A stretch of 64,000 nt of DNA from an uncultured Thermoplasmata archaeon (GTDB lineage: Archaea; Thermoplasmatota; Thermoplasmata; Lutacidiplasmatales; UBA184). Of the stretch, positions 48,253 to 57,667 are shown one piece after another. The notes beneath the pieces are model-generated. The model was given only the letters and a program-made list of their open reading frames with translations. It had not been told where the DNA came from and searched no databases. A program made the translations under genes and the position numbers. Each line of letters begins with the position of its first letter. Position 1 is the first letter of the stretch. The stretch spans positions 401,979 to 465,978 of the forward strand of contig CAWISZ010000004.1 in the NCBI GenBank assembly GCA_963838955.1. The letters are read 5' to 3'.

Positions 48253-49025
48253 GCGCGGGTGAACGTCCCCTGGCCACCGGCCTTCGTGATCGATGCGATC
48301 GCGGCTTCGGTCGCCCGCTTCATCGTCTCCTCGGCTTGCTTGTACTGCCCGGCCGAGACTCGGATGCGGTAGCGCGGGGCGCCTACGTACTGGATCGTGA
48401 TCGACTGCGGATCGGTTTTCTCGGCGAGCATCAGCGCGGCCCTCACATGCTCCACGCCGTCCGCGGAGAGGTCCCGGACCTCTAGGGTCCCCGAGATCTC
48501 CACGTGCGGCGGTACGATGTTGTCGCGTGCCACCTTGAGGAAGGCGGCGACCCAGGGGGCTTTCTCGTGGTCCTTCTGGATCTGCTTCGGATCGGCCGAG
48601 GCGACCTCGAAGGCGGCGTAGAGCGAACCGTACCGCTCCACGAGTGAGCTCGCGAAGAGCGCGTGCGTCGCGTCCGGCTCGATCTTGAGGGCGGCGGCGA
48701 CCTGATCGATCAGGCGCATCGCGCGCTGCTCGTTCTTCCATTGCTGGACCTTTTCGCGGCGTTGGTGGTCGTTGATTCGCTTGAGCGAGAGATCGACCTG
48801 GCCCTTCGCGGTATCGACCCGCAGGACCCGGGCGACGATCTTCTGGCCCTCGCGAATGTGGTCCCGGATGTACTTGACCCAGCCGGGCGCGACCTCGGAG
48901 AGATGGATGAACGCCTCCCGCTTCGCGAACTCGTCCAGCGAGACCACCGCTCCGAAGTTCCGGATCTCCTTGACGGTCGCGATGACGATGTCCCCTTCTT
49001 CGGGGAACTCGGGGCGCAGCGGCAT
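48249..49025 (-). CDS. eif2a: Translation initiation factor aIF2 alpha
   Basis: PEEGDIVIATV, IHLSEVAPGWV, VDLSLKR, YVGAPRY. Confidence 0.95.
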   Translation of the reverse strand: MPLRPEFPEEGDIVIATVKEIRNFGAVVSLDEFAKREAFIHLSEVAPGWVKYIRDHIREGQKIVARVLRVDTAKGQVDLSLKRINDHQRREKVQQWKNEQRAMRLIDQVAAALKIEPDATHALFASSLVERYGSLYAAFEVASADPKQIQKDHEKAPWVAAFLKVARDNIVPPHVEISGTLEVRDLSADGVEHVRAALMLAEKTDPQSITIQYVGAPRYRIRVSAGQYKQAEETMKRATEAAIASITKAGGQGTFTRA

Positions 49026-49036
49026 CGGCCGCAGAC

Positions 49037-49225
49037 CTACGCCTGGCCCGCGGGTCGGATGAGTTCGCCCCGCAGCTGGGCTCGGCCACCGGTCGGCGTA
49101 GCGAGCAGGGCCCCGCAGACGAGACAGTTGACGGTCGTCGCGGGTCGGCTGAAGATCGTCTGCTCCCCCGTGCAGTCCGGGCACTTCACGACCCAGAACG
49201 GTGCCGGTGGGTGATCGACCGGCAT
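49037..49225 (-). CDS. rps27e: 30S ribosomal protein S27e
   Basis: VKCPDC..EQ.IF, CLVCG..LATPTGG. Confidence 0.95.
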   Translation of the reverse strand: MPVDHPPAPFWVVKCPDCTGEQTIFSRPATTVNCLVCGALLATPTGGRAQLRGELIRPAGQA

Positions 49226-49227
49226 GT

Positions 49228-49512
49228 CTAGGAGTGCTCCACGAGCTCTAGAGTCCCGGCTCGCCAGCTGGGGGGTTGGACGATGTACTTGCACTTCTTG
49301 CATCGGTACTTCAAGTTCACCCGGCGGACGGCTTTGGCGCGTCCCTCGGGCTTCGGACGCGGGAAGCCTCCGTATCCGCTCGTCGCCCGGCGGAATCGGC
49401 GCTGCCCCCACTTCATTTCGGAGGCGGGGCGCTTCCTTCCCTTCTCGACCTCGTGGTCCGTGTGCACCTTGCACCGCGGGCAGTACGTCGAGACGACTTT
49501 TGGATAGTGCAT
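49228..49512 (-). CDS. rpl44e: 50S ribosomal protein L44e
   Basis: TYCPRCKVHT.H, WGQRRF, GYGGFPRP, CKKC. Confidence 0.96.
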   Translation of the reverse strand: MHYPKVVSTYCPRCKVHTDHEVEKGRKRPASEMKWGQRRFRRATSGYGGFPRPKPEGRAKAVRRVNLKYRCKKCKYIVQPPSWRAGTLELVEHS

Positions 49513-49722
49513 ATAGGGCGGCGGCGAGCCTTGGAGGCTATTTAGGCGTAGCCCCGCGTCTCGGCGGAGGCGCAGGGTTCACCCCTCGCGGATCGCGAGG
49601 GGTGGTCATCATTCCAAAAACCCTCGATTCCGCGAGGGGCGGCGGGGTCCGGAGCGAGGGGCCGGCGTCGGGTCGCCGTGCGGTGCGGCACCATTTATAT
49701 CATCCTCACCATTGTGGTAATT

Positions 49723-49962
49723 ATGGCGACGCCGGATCAGCTGACGAGCATCCCCGTGCATCGGTCGACGTTGAAGGCGCTTCGAGGGGCTAAAATGGCG
49801 GACCAGACGTGGGACGACTTTCTGCTCGCTCTCGCGGACGACTACATATCCCCGACGATGAAGGCGGATCTCGACCGGCGACTTCGAACCGAACGAATCG
49901 TGCGCGGCGCGGAGATGAAGGCCGAGTTTGAGCAGTGGAGGCGAGAGCGTGGCCGGTCCTAG
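49723..49962 (+). CDS. Putative antitoxin
   Basis: TSIPVHRST..L...K...TWDDFL; overlaps the RelE-like gene; TTTATAT upstream. Confidence 0.7.
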   Translation: MATPDQLTSIPVHRSTLKALRGAKMADQTWDDFLLALADDYISPTMKADLDRRLRTERIVRGAEMKAEFEQWRRERGRS

Positions 49963-50269
49963 ACCGGCAGATGACTGGCCCGATTTCACCTTCAGCGCCC
50001 GACTTCAGTTCTGGGCATTGCCCGCAGAGGTCATCGAGGCGTTCGTTGCGGTCTTCCCTGAATTCACCCGCGCACCGCGTCGCCCGTCGGCGACCGTGGA
50101 TATCCTACCGCTCCGAAACGATCGCTCTCGATGGCGCCTGAAGGTGGCCGGCTACCGAGCGCTGTACCGGATTCGTCACGGCCGACCCCTCATCGAGAAG
50201 ATCGTCCCACGCAGCGCCCGGACGTACCGGGAATTCGCGGAGTACGCACGACACTTCCCGGCCGAATAG
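49949..50269 (+). CDS. RelE/ParE family toxin
   Basis: WRLKVAGYRALYRI...IVPRSARTY. Confidence 0.8.
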   Translation: MAGPRPADDWPDFTFSARLQFWALPAEVIEAFVAVFPEFTRAPRRPSATVDILPLRNDRSRWRLKVAGYRALYRIRHGRPLIEKIVPRSARTYREFAEYARHFPAE

Positions 50270-50425
50270 CGGCGAGAAGGCGAGCCCCCGGGCGCCCCAT
50301 GCGCTCGCCCGAGGCTCCACGGAGCCGGGCGACCTCCGGATGGAGGTTTTCTATCGGCGGATCGAGGGGCGCGTGCTAAGCCTTTATGTAGGGGTGCCTG
50401 CTCCGCCGCCGCACCGGATTCACCG

Positions 50426-51063
50426 ATGGCAGATCGCAGTTCCCTCGAGGTCGTCACGGAGGCGCTCCAGAAGGCGCCGGAACGTAAGTTTCCCGAGTCC
50501 GTAGAGCTCTCGATCAACCTCAAGGACCTCGACCTCGCGATCCCTAAGAATCGCCTGGAGGACGACATCCCTCTTCCCGGCGGGCGCGGCAAGCCGGTCA
50601 AGGTCGCTCTGTTCGGCACCCCGGAAATGTGCCAGAAGGTCCGCGGGGTCGCCGACAAGATCATTCCGTCCACCGAGCTCGACGACTTCATGAAGGACGC
50701 CAAAGGGGCGAAGCGGACGGTCGATGACATTGACTTCTTCCTCGCCGAAGCGCCCCTGATGCCGACGATCGGTAAGCGCCTCGGAGTGGTGCTCGGTCCG
50801 CGCGGCAAGATGCCCCGGCCCGTGCCGCCCGGCAGCGATCCCACCAATCTGATCAAGGCGCTCCAACGCTCGGTCCGGGTCCGCTCGAAGGGCAACCGCA
50901 CCTTCCACGCCGCCGTCGGCTCCCGCAGCATGCCGCCGGAACAGATCGCTCAGAACGTCGACGCACTATTGACCCGGTCGTCGGCAAGCTCGAACGCGGT
51001 CGGACGAACATCGAATCGGTCTACGTGAAGACCACCATGGGGCCGGCCGTTCGGCTCTGGTAG
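50426..51063 (+). CDS. rpl1: 50S ribosomal protein L1, frameshifted near 50977 (probable assembly indel)
   Basis: [23 protein letters not shown]-terminus [17 protein letters not shown] in a shifted frame. Confidence 0.93.
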
Positions 51064-51071
51064 GAAGGAAG

Positions 51072-51932
51072 ATGCCCGGCAGGAAGACCCTCCGTCCCGA
51101 AAAGACCGCACGCGTCGAGGCGATGCGCGCCACCGTCGTCCACGGCAAGGTCACGGCTCTCGTCGGGCTCCGAGGCGTCCCGGCATCCGCTCTCCAGTCC
51201 ATGCGCCAGGAGCTGCGCAACCGCGGTCACCCGATCCTGGTCGCTCCGAACAGCACCATCCGGCACGCGATCGAACGCGCGGTCGAGACCCGCCCATCGC
51301 TCCAGCCTCTTATGGCCCAGGTCGAGGATCAGACCGCCGTCCTCTCCGCCGAAGGGAATCCCTTCGCTCTCTTTGCCGAGTTCGCGGCCACGCGCTCACC
51401 GACCCCCGCGCGCGGGGGCGAGTCCGCTCCGGCCGACATTGTCGTGCCCGCCGGGACCACGAGCTTCAAGCCCGGCCCGATCGTGGGCGAGCTCCAGCAC
51501 GCCGGTTTCCCCGCGGCGATCGAGAAGGGCAAGGTCGTCCTGAAGAGGGATACGCTCATCGTCAAGGAGGGCGCCCCGATCTCCCGCGAGGTCGCGGGCC
51601 TCCTGACCCGGATGGACATCTTCCCGCTCGAGGTCGGGCTCGATCTCCGTGCGCTCGTCGACGGGGACACGTTCTACCCGCACGACGCGCTCGCGATCGA
51701 TCTCGATGCGCTGCGGGCCTCGCTGGTGCGCTCGGCCCGCGCCGCGCTCGGCCTCGCGGTCGAGATCGCCTACCCGACCGAAGCGTCGATGCCGATCCTC
51801 CTCGCGCGCGCTCACCGCTCGGCCCTCGGCCTCGCCGTGGCGGGTGGGTACATCACGAAGGAGACCATCCCCGCGCTGTTCGCCCGCGCCATGCGCGAGG
51901 CGGCGGCGATTCAACACCTGACAGGCAAGTAG
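51072..51932 (+). CDS. rpl10: 50S ribosomal protein L10/P0
   Basis: LQSMRQELR, NPF, PAGTTSFKPGP, I.KGKV; follows L1. Confidence 0.93.
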   Translation: MPGRKTLRPEKTARVEAMRATVVHGKVTALVGLRGVPASALQSMRQELRNRGHPILVAPNSTIRHAIERAVETRPSLQPLMAQVEDQTAVLSAEGNPFALFAEFAATRSPTPARGGESAPADIVVPAGTTSFKPGPIVGELQHAGFPAAIEKGKVVLKRDTLIVKEGAPISREVAGLLTRMDIFPLEVGLDLRALVDGDTFYPHDALAIDLDALRASLVRSARAALGLAVEIAYPTEASMPILLARAHRSALGLAVAGGYITKETIPALFARAMREAAAIQHLTGK

Positions 51933-51968
51933 GGAATCCCCGAAACCAATCGTACGGAGAGTGTGAAC

Positions 51969-52283
51969 ATGGAGTATGTGTATGGTGCGCTGCTGCTCAA
52001 CGCCGCCGGAAAGCCGATCGATGAGAAGGGTCTGACGGAGGTCCTCCGCGCGGCGGGCGTCTCGTCCGACGCGGCCCGGCTCAAGGCGCTGCTCGCCTCC
52101 CTCGAGGGGGTCAACGTCACCGAGATTCTCGCGAAGGCCGAGACGTTCGCCGCCCCGGCCGCGGCCCCCGCCGCCCCGGAGAAGAAGGACGGCAAGGGCG
52201 GGAAGAAGGAAGAGGAAAAGAAGGAAGAGAAGGGCGTCTCCGAGGAAGAGGCGGCCGAGGGTCTCTCCGCCCTCTTCGGCTGA
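51969..52283 (+). CDS. rpl12: 50S ribosomal protein L12/P1
   Basis: [10 protein letters not shown]...[14 protein letters not shown]. Confidence 0.97.
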   Translation: MEYVYGALLLNAAGKPIDEKGLTEVLRAAGVSSDAARLKALLASLEGVNVTEILAKAETFAAPAAAPAAPEKKDGKGGKKEEEKKEEKGVSEEEAAEGLSALFG

Positions 52284-52368
52284 ACCAAGTAACGGAAAGC
52301 GCACGGCTTAAGACCCGGGTTCGGGTCGCTCCGGCGGAGACCCCCACGGGGGTGCTCCGCCTCGAGTC

Positions 52369-53775
52369 ATGCCGGCGCACGAATTCTGCGGCGTCGTTGG
52401 AGTCTCCCTCCAGGGCAAGCCGGCGGCGCCGCAACTGTTCCGAGGGCTCCGGGCCCTCCAGCATCGAGGGCAGGAGTCGGCGGGGATCGCCACGACCTCC
52501 CATGGAGTGCTCCACCTGCGCAAGGGCATGGGCCTCGTCCACGAGATCTTCACCGAGGAGCTCGTCGACGCGTTGCGCGGACCGACCGGGATCGGCCACA
52601 CTCGATACTCGACGACCGGGACCAGCGATCTGGAGAACGCCCAGCCGCTGGTCGTAAAGCTCCGGGGCGAGGACGCCGCGATCGCGCACAACGGCGACCT
52701 CGTCAACTTCGAGCGGATCCGCCGCCGCCTCCAGGCCCAGGGCGTGGAGCTGATGGGTTCGGCGGACAGCGAGACGATGGCGCAGATGATCGCCATCGAG
52801 TTCGGTCGCACCCGCGATCTAGAGCCTGCGATCCGGCGCGCCTGCGCCGAGCTCGTCGGTGGGTACGCGGTGGTCCTGATCGTGGGGAACCGCATCGCGG
52901 CGTTCCGCGACCCGTTGGGGATCCGCCCCCTCGTCCTGGGGTCCCTCGAAGGGGGCGTAGCGGTCGCGAGCGAGTCGGTCGCGATCGAGCTGATGGGAGG
53001 TCGGACGATCCGGGACGTCGCACCCGGCGAGATCCTGATCCTCGAGCACGGAGAGATCGCGCACACCACCAAGATCCCCGGGACGGGCGAGCGCGCCCAC
53101 TGTATGTTCGAGTGGGTCTACTTCTCGAGGCCAGACTCGGTCGCCGAGGGCCGACCGGTCTACGACGTTCGTCACCGGATCGGTCAGCAGCTCGCGCGCG
53201 AGGCGCCGGTCGATGCGGATGTGGTCGTCCCGGTCCCGGACTCGGCTCGCCCCCAGGCCCTCGGGTTCTCCGAAGCCACGGGGATCCCGTACGCCGAGGC
53301 GCTGATCAAGAACCGATTCGTAGAGCGCACGTTCATCCTCCCCGACCAGAAGCGCCGGGAGCAAGAGGTCCGCGTCAAGCTCCACCCGGTCCCGGGGCTC
53401 CTGAAGGGTCGCCGCGTCGTTCTCATCGACGATTCGATCGTGCGCGGAACCACGCTCCGCGAGATCATCGGAATGGTCCGGACGGCCGGCGCCGCCCGGG
53501 TCGACGTCCGGATCGGCTGCCCACCGATCCGCGCGCCCTGCTACTTCGGGGTCGACATGAAGGTGCGCAAGGATCTCGTAGCGGCGGACCGCACCGAGGA
53601 AGAGGTCGCAGGCGTGGTCGGGGCGGACAGCGTCCACTACCTCTCGATCCCCGGGCTCGTAGAGGCGATCGGAATCAAGCAGGAGAACCTTTGCCTCGGC
53701 TGCCTCACCGGACGCTACCCGGTCGAGGTCCCGCAGGAGCGTCACCGCTACCAAAAATCGCTGGCGGAGTTCTAG
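52369..53775 (+). CDS. purF: Amidophosphoribosyltransferase
   Basis: CGVVG, LQHRGQESAG, GHTRYST, DDSIVRGTT, CLGC. Confidence 0.97.
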   Translation: MPAHEFCGVVGVSLQGKPAAPQLFRGLRALQHRGQESAGIATTSHGVLHLRKGMGLVHEIFTEELVDALRGPTGIGHTRYSTTGTSDLENAQPLVVKLRGEDAAIAHNGDLVNFERIRRRLQAQGVELMGSADSETMAQMIAIEFGRTRDLEPAIRRACAELVGGYAVVLIVGNRIAAFRDPLGIRPLVLGSLEGGVAVASESVAIELMGGRTIRDVAPGEILILEHGEIAHTTKIPGTGERAHCMFEWVYFSRPDSVAEGRPVYDVRHRIGQQLAREAPVDADVVVPVPDSARPQALGFSEATGIPYAEALIKNRFVERTFILPDQKRREQEVRVKLHPVPGLLKGRRVVLIDDSIVRGTTLREIIGMVRTAGAARVDVRIGCPPIRAPCYFGVDMKVRKDLVAADRTEEEVAGVVGADSVHYLSIPGLVEAIGIKQENLCLGCLTGRYPVEVPQERHRYQKSLAEF

Positions 53776-53778
53776 GGT

Positions 53779-54693
53779 GTGGCCGGCGCGGTCCTTGTAG
53801 CCCGGGGCCGGTTCGTCTACCTCGTACAGCCGCCTCCGTCCCGCCTCCTCGCGATCCCGATCGCCGATGACCTTTCCGTCGCCGCCCGCCGCCTCACGAG
53901 GGGAGCTCCGACCGAACTGCCGCGCGCGATGGTCGACGCGATCCGGGCCCTGGGGCCCGGGCCCCTCGCCGTCGACCCTCCGATGCTGGCCGGACCGGCG
54001 GCCGAGCTCGGGATCCCGACGGTCCGGCTCGCAACGGCCGAGGTGCGTCGTGCACGCGAAGCGCTCCCCCCTCTCGAGCCGCTCGAGGAGCGCCTCTTGA
54101 TCCTCGCCATCGGGCAGGCCGCCCTCGATGAGGCGATGCGCTCGCCTTTGGAGATGCTCGTTTCCCTGACCCGAGAGGAAGAGCGACTCGAACGGGCCCT
54201 CCGCAGGGAAGGGAACGCCGCCGAGCAGTTCGTCTCCGTCTCCGATTCACCCCTTGCGGCGTATGCCGAGCAATGGAGCCAGTTCCGAAAGACCTTCGAA
54301 CGCCACCACTCCGAGCTCGAAGGCCGGGTCCGGGTCCTCGTCCGCGAGATCGCGCCGAACCTCTCGGCGGTCGTCGGCGCCAAGGTCGCCGCGCGCCTGA
54401 TCGCGCTGGCGGGCGGGCTCGAGCCCCTCGCGCGCGGAGATTCCGCGCGTCTGCAGCTGCTCGGATCGCGCCGGCGACCCTCCCGGGATCGTGGGCCTCG
54501 GTTCGGAGTGATCCGCATCGCGGACCGGATGTCGGATGTACCGGACGACCGACGCGGCGCGTATGCCCGCAGTCTCGCCGCCCTCGCGGTGACAGCTGCC
54601 CGTGCGGACGCGTTCACCCGTTCCGACATCAGCGCAAAGCTCCTAGCGCGTAGGGACCGGCGGGTCGAGACCCTGCGTCGGAGGCGGCCATGA
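53779..54693 (+). CDS. nop5: Divergent Nop5 (Nop56/58) homolog
   Basis: IAPNLSAVVG..VAARLIALAGGL, LQLLG, ARADAF; coupled to fibrillarin. Confidence 0.75.
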   Translation: MAGAVLVARGRFVYLVQPPPSRLLAIPIADDLSVAARRLTRGAPTELPRAMVDAIRALGPGPLAVDPPMLAGPAAELGIPTVRLATAEVRRAREALPPLEPLEERLLILAIGQAALDEAMRSPLEMLVSLTREEERLERALRREGNAAEQFVSVSDSPLAAYAEQWSQFRKTFERHHSELEGRVRVLVREIAPNLSAVVGAKVAARLIALAGGLEPLARGDSARLQLLGSRRRPSRDRGPRFGVIRIADRMSDVPDDRRGAYARSLAALAVTAARADAFTRSDISAKLLARRDRRVETLRRRRP

Positions 54694-55448
54694 GGCGTCC
54701 GACCCCGCTCCAGCAGTCGGAGCGCAATCCTCGCCTCGTGGAGCAGCGCTCCGAGGACCGAACGAGCTGGTTCACCGAGACCGTGGGTCACGAGCCTCCC
54801 GTCGCTCGGGAACGCTGGTTCGTCCGGGGGGGCCGGACGTATCGATCCTGGGATCCGGGCCGAAGCAAGCTCGCGGGAGCGGTCGTCCACGATTGGCGGG
54901 GCGATCTTCCCGAGCCCGGCGAACGGTGGCTCTACCTCGGAGCGGCCACCGGCACGACCGTCTCGCATGTCGCGGACCTCGTCGGACCGGAAGGCCGGGT
55001 CTACGCCATCGAGTCGAGCTTGAGACCGTTCGGCCGTCTGCTCTCCTTCGCCGCGCGGTGGCCAAACGTGCTGCCGATCCTCGCGGATGCGAGAACGCCC
55101 GAGCGCTACTCCGCGTTCGTGCCGCTCGTCGACGGGGTCTACTCCGACCTCGCCCAGGCGGACCAGATCGAGATCGCGCTCGCCAACGCGCGCCGATACC
55201 TTCGCGGATCGGGAAAGTTCCTACTCGCGCTGAAGACCTCGAGCATGGGGCGGGAGTCGAGCGCGGTCGAGCACCTTGCGCTCGCCACGGAAACGTTGGG
55301 TCGATCGTTCGATCTCGATCGCTCCGTGCACCTTGCGCCGCACCACCGTGCTCACTACTTCCTCGGCGGTCGGCCGCGTCGCAGCCTCTTCGAGGCGCCG
55401 GGCGGCCCTACGTCCCCACCTGGGTCCCGCGCGCGACGATCACGGTGA
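54690..55448 (+). CDS. flpA: Fibrillarin-like 2'-O-methyltransferase
   Basis: YRSWDP.RSKLA, LYLGAATGTTVSHVAD, PILADAR, DLAQ.DQ. Confidence 0.95.
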   Translation: MRRPTPLQQSERNPRLVEQRSEDRTSWFTETVGHEPPVARERWFVRGGRTYRSWDPGRSKLAGAVVHDWRGDLPEPGERWLYLGAATGTTVSHVADLVGPEGRVYAIESSLRPFGRLLSFAARWPNVLPILADARTPERYSAFVPLVDGVYSDLAQADQIEIALANARRYLRGSGKFLLALKTSSMGRESSAVEHLALATETLGRSFDLDRSVHLAPHHRAHYFLGGRPRRSLFEAPGGPTSPPGSRARRSR

Positions 55449-56526
55449 CCACGTCCTCGTCCTTGAGGGCGTGGGTCCGGCCGACCGTCTGCCCGGGGAA
55501 TCGAGCGCTCGGGCCCCAGATCTGAGCCGCGCGGAACGTTCGCTGAAGGTCCCCCGGGAGCCGCCGCAACAGATCGCTGATCGTGCTGCCGGTGCGAAGG
55601 ATCACCGGATCCTCTCGGTCCGGAGGTCGGCCGGGCGGTTTGACGTAGATCCGGACGAACCGGAGGGCCCGCCCGAGCTTCTCGACCAGTTCGTCCAGTC
55701 CGACCCGATTCTTCGCGGAGACGAAGATCGGCTCGAACGCGGCGAGATCGGCCCGCAGCTTCTTGCGATCCGCCTCGTTCAGCGTATCGGCCTTGTTCAC
55801 CCCGAGGATCGCCGGGATGTAGACGCGGTTACCCGCCAGGACATCGATCAGCTGATCGGCGGTGGCGTCCTCGCGGAGGACGATCTGACCGTTGTGCATC
55901 CCGAACTCTCGTGCAATCTCGGCCGCGAGACCCCCCCCGAGATGCGTCAGTTTCACCGTGCTTGCGATCGTGAGCCCACCGCGGTCACGCGCGGTGACGA
56001 CGATCTTCGGTGGTCGGGTATTGAGCCGGACACCGCTCGACTCGAGCTCCGTGATCAACGCCCGCAGGTTGGTGTGCTCCGGATCGACGAGAAATAGGAC
56101 GAGGTCCGTGGAGCGAACCACCGACAAGACCTCGCGGCCGCGCCCGCGCCCCGTGGAAGCTCCCGGGACGAGCCCGGGCATATCGAGGATCTGGATCGAC
56201 GCGCCGGACCAGCGCAGCATGCCGGGGATGATCGACACCGTCGTGAAATCGTAGGCCGCCGCGACGCTCTCGGCCGAGGTGAGGGAAGTCAGAAGCGTGG
56301 ACTTCCCGACGGAAGGGTATCCGACGAGACCCACGGTGGCGTGCCCGCTCTTACGGACGGAGTACCCCGGGCCGGCGCCCTTGCCCTTCGCCCGCGCCTC
56401 TCGCTCGAGCCGCAGCACCGCGATCTTCGCTCGCAGCCGGCCGATGTGGCGCTGGGTCGCCTTGTTGTACTGGGTCTTCCGGATCTCGTCCTCGACCGCG
56501 GTGATCTGCTCCTCGATCGATGACAT
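55408..56526 (-). CDS. DRG/Rbg family GTPase with TGS domain
   Basis: TQYNKAT..H, GYPSVGKST, YDFTT, DMPG, GRGREVL, NKAD. Confidence 0.95.
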   Translation of the reverse strand: MSSIEEQITAVEDEIRKTQYNKATQRHIGRLRAKIAVLRLEREARAKGKGAGPGYSVRKSGHATVGLVGYPSVGKSTLLTSLTSAESVAAAYDFTTVSIIPGMLRWSGASIQILDMPGLVPGASTGRGRGREVLSVVRSTDLVLFLVDPEHTNLRALITELESSGVRLNTRPPKIVVTARDRGGLTIASTVKLTHLGGGLAAEIAREFGMHNGQIVLREDATADQLIDVLAGNRVYIPAILGVNKADTLNEADRKKLRADLAAFEPIFVSAKNRVGLDELVEKLGRALRFVRIYVKPPGRPPDREDPVILRTGSTISDLLRRLPGDLQRTFRAAQIWGPSARFPGQTVGRTHALKDEDVVTVIVARGTQVGT

Positions 56527-56866
56527 CGCCGCGCGCCCGTTCCCTTCGACCGGTGGGACTCGACACCGTACTTGAGTCCTCCGAGGGCGCTCAGATTTCA
56601 CCGTTCGTGGGTGCCCGAAGAGGGGGGAAGCGCCCGGAGGAGTTCCTCTCCATGCCACCGGAGACAGCGGGGCCGTCGTGGCGGTATCGCTCTCCGGGTT
56701 CTCAGCCGGGGATGATTCCCACGATGTCAAGGCCCGATTCGACGGTCCCAGGCGACCGTTCCCTCCGGGTCCGGCCGGGTCTCCTCGACCGGCCCCGGGA
56801 CATCCGCCTACCTCGGCTCCACCGAACCGTTATCTATCGTCCTCGGGTCTCATCGGTGGAGCGCAC

Positions 56867-57646
56867 ATGGACGACGTGGTGATTCTACCGACCGAGAAGG
56901 TCGCGCTGCGCGACCCGATCCTCGTCGAAGGACTTCCCGGCGTCGGAAACGTGGGCAAGCTCGCCTCGGACTACCTCCGGGATCAGTTGAAGGCGAAGCC
57001 GCTCGCGACCGTGTTTTCCCGCTTCTTTCCGCCCCAGGTCTACGTCAACGAAGAGGGGATCATCCGGCTCGTCTCCAACGAGCTATCCTACTATCGCAGT
57101 CCCAAGGGCGCCCGGGACATAATCATCCTCGGCGGAGACTACCAGGGCATCAGCCCGGAGGGCCAGTACGAGATCACGCACCGCATCCTGGAGTTCGTTC
57201 ACGGGCTCGGCGTCCGGGACCTCTACACGCTCGCCGGCTTCGCCCAAGGCCACGTGGTCGAGAAGCCCCGCGTGCTGGGCGCCGCGACGAGCCCGGCCCG
57301 CGTCGAGGCGATGAAGAAGCTCGGCGTGGTGTTCTCTCGCAACGACCCTGGCGGAGGGCTCATCGGTGCGAGCGGACTCTTCCTCGGGCTCGGCCGCCTC
57401 TTCCAGATGGAGGGCGTCTGCCTCATGGGAGAGACATCCGGCTACTTCGTGGACCCTCGGGGCGCCCAAGCCGTGCTCAAGGTCCTTTCCCGAGCGATCG
57501 ATGTCGAGGTGGACTTCCAGGATCTCGAGTCGAAGGCCAAGGAGATCGACCGGATCGCCCAGCGGATTCACGAGACGGAGAAGGGAGCGGCCGAGCCGAC
57601 CCCCGGCCCGGGCCCCGCGCGCGAGGACCTCGGCTACATCGGCTGA
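56867..57646 (+). CDS. PAC2 family proteasome assembly chaperone-like protein
   Basis: EGLPGVGNVGKL, FPPQV, GASGL, CLMGETSGY. Confidence 0.92.
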   Translation: MDDVVILPTEKVALRDPILVEGLPGVGNVGKLASDYLRDQLKAKPLATVFSRFFPPQVYVNEEGIIRLVSNELSYYRSPKGARDIIILGGDYQGISPEGQYEITHRILEFVHGLGVRDLYTLAGFAQGHVVEKPRVLGAATSPARVEAMKKLGVVFSRNDPGGGLIGASGLFLGLGRLFQMEGVCLMGETSGYFVDPRGAQAVLKVLSRAIDVEVDFQDLESKAKEIDRIAQRIHETEKGAAEPTPGPGPAREDLGYIG

Positions 57647-57667
57647 CATCGCTCGCTTCGGTCGTCC

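Noticed and set aside
7622..51063. Frameshifts in MFS (~7790), S53 (~13553), dtdA (~29368), esterase (~35769) and rpl1 (~50977) as pseudogenes or programmed frameshifts
   Set aside because: They are single-base indels, several in short homopolymers and one in essential L1; assembly error is more likely. The esterase break could be real.
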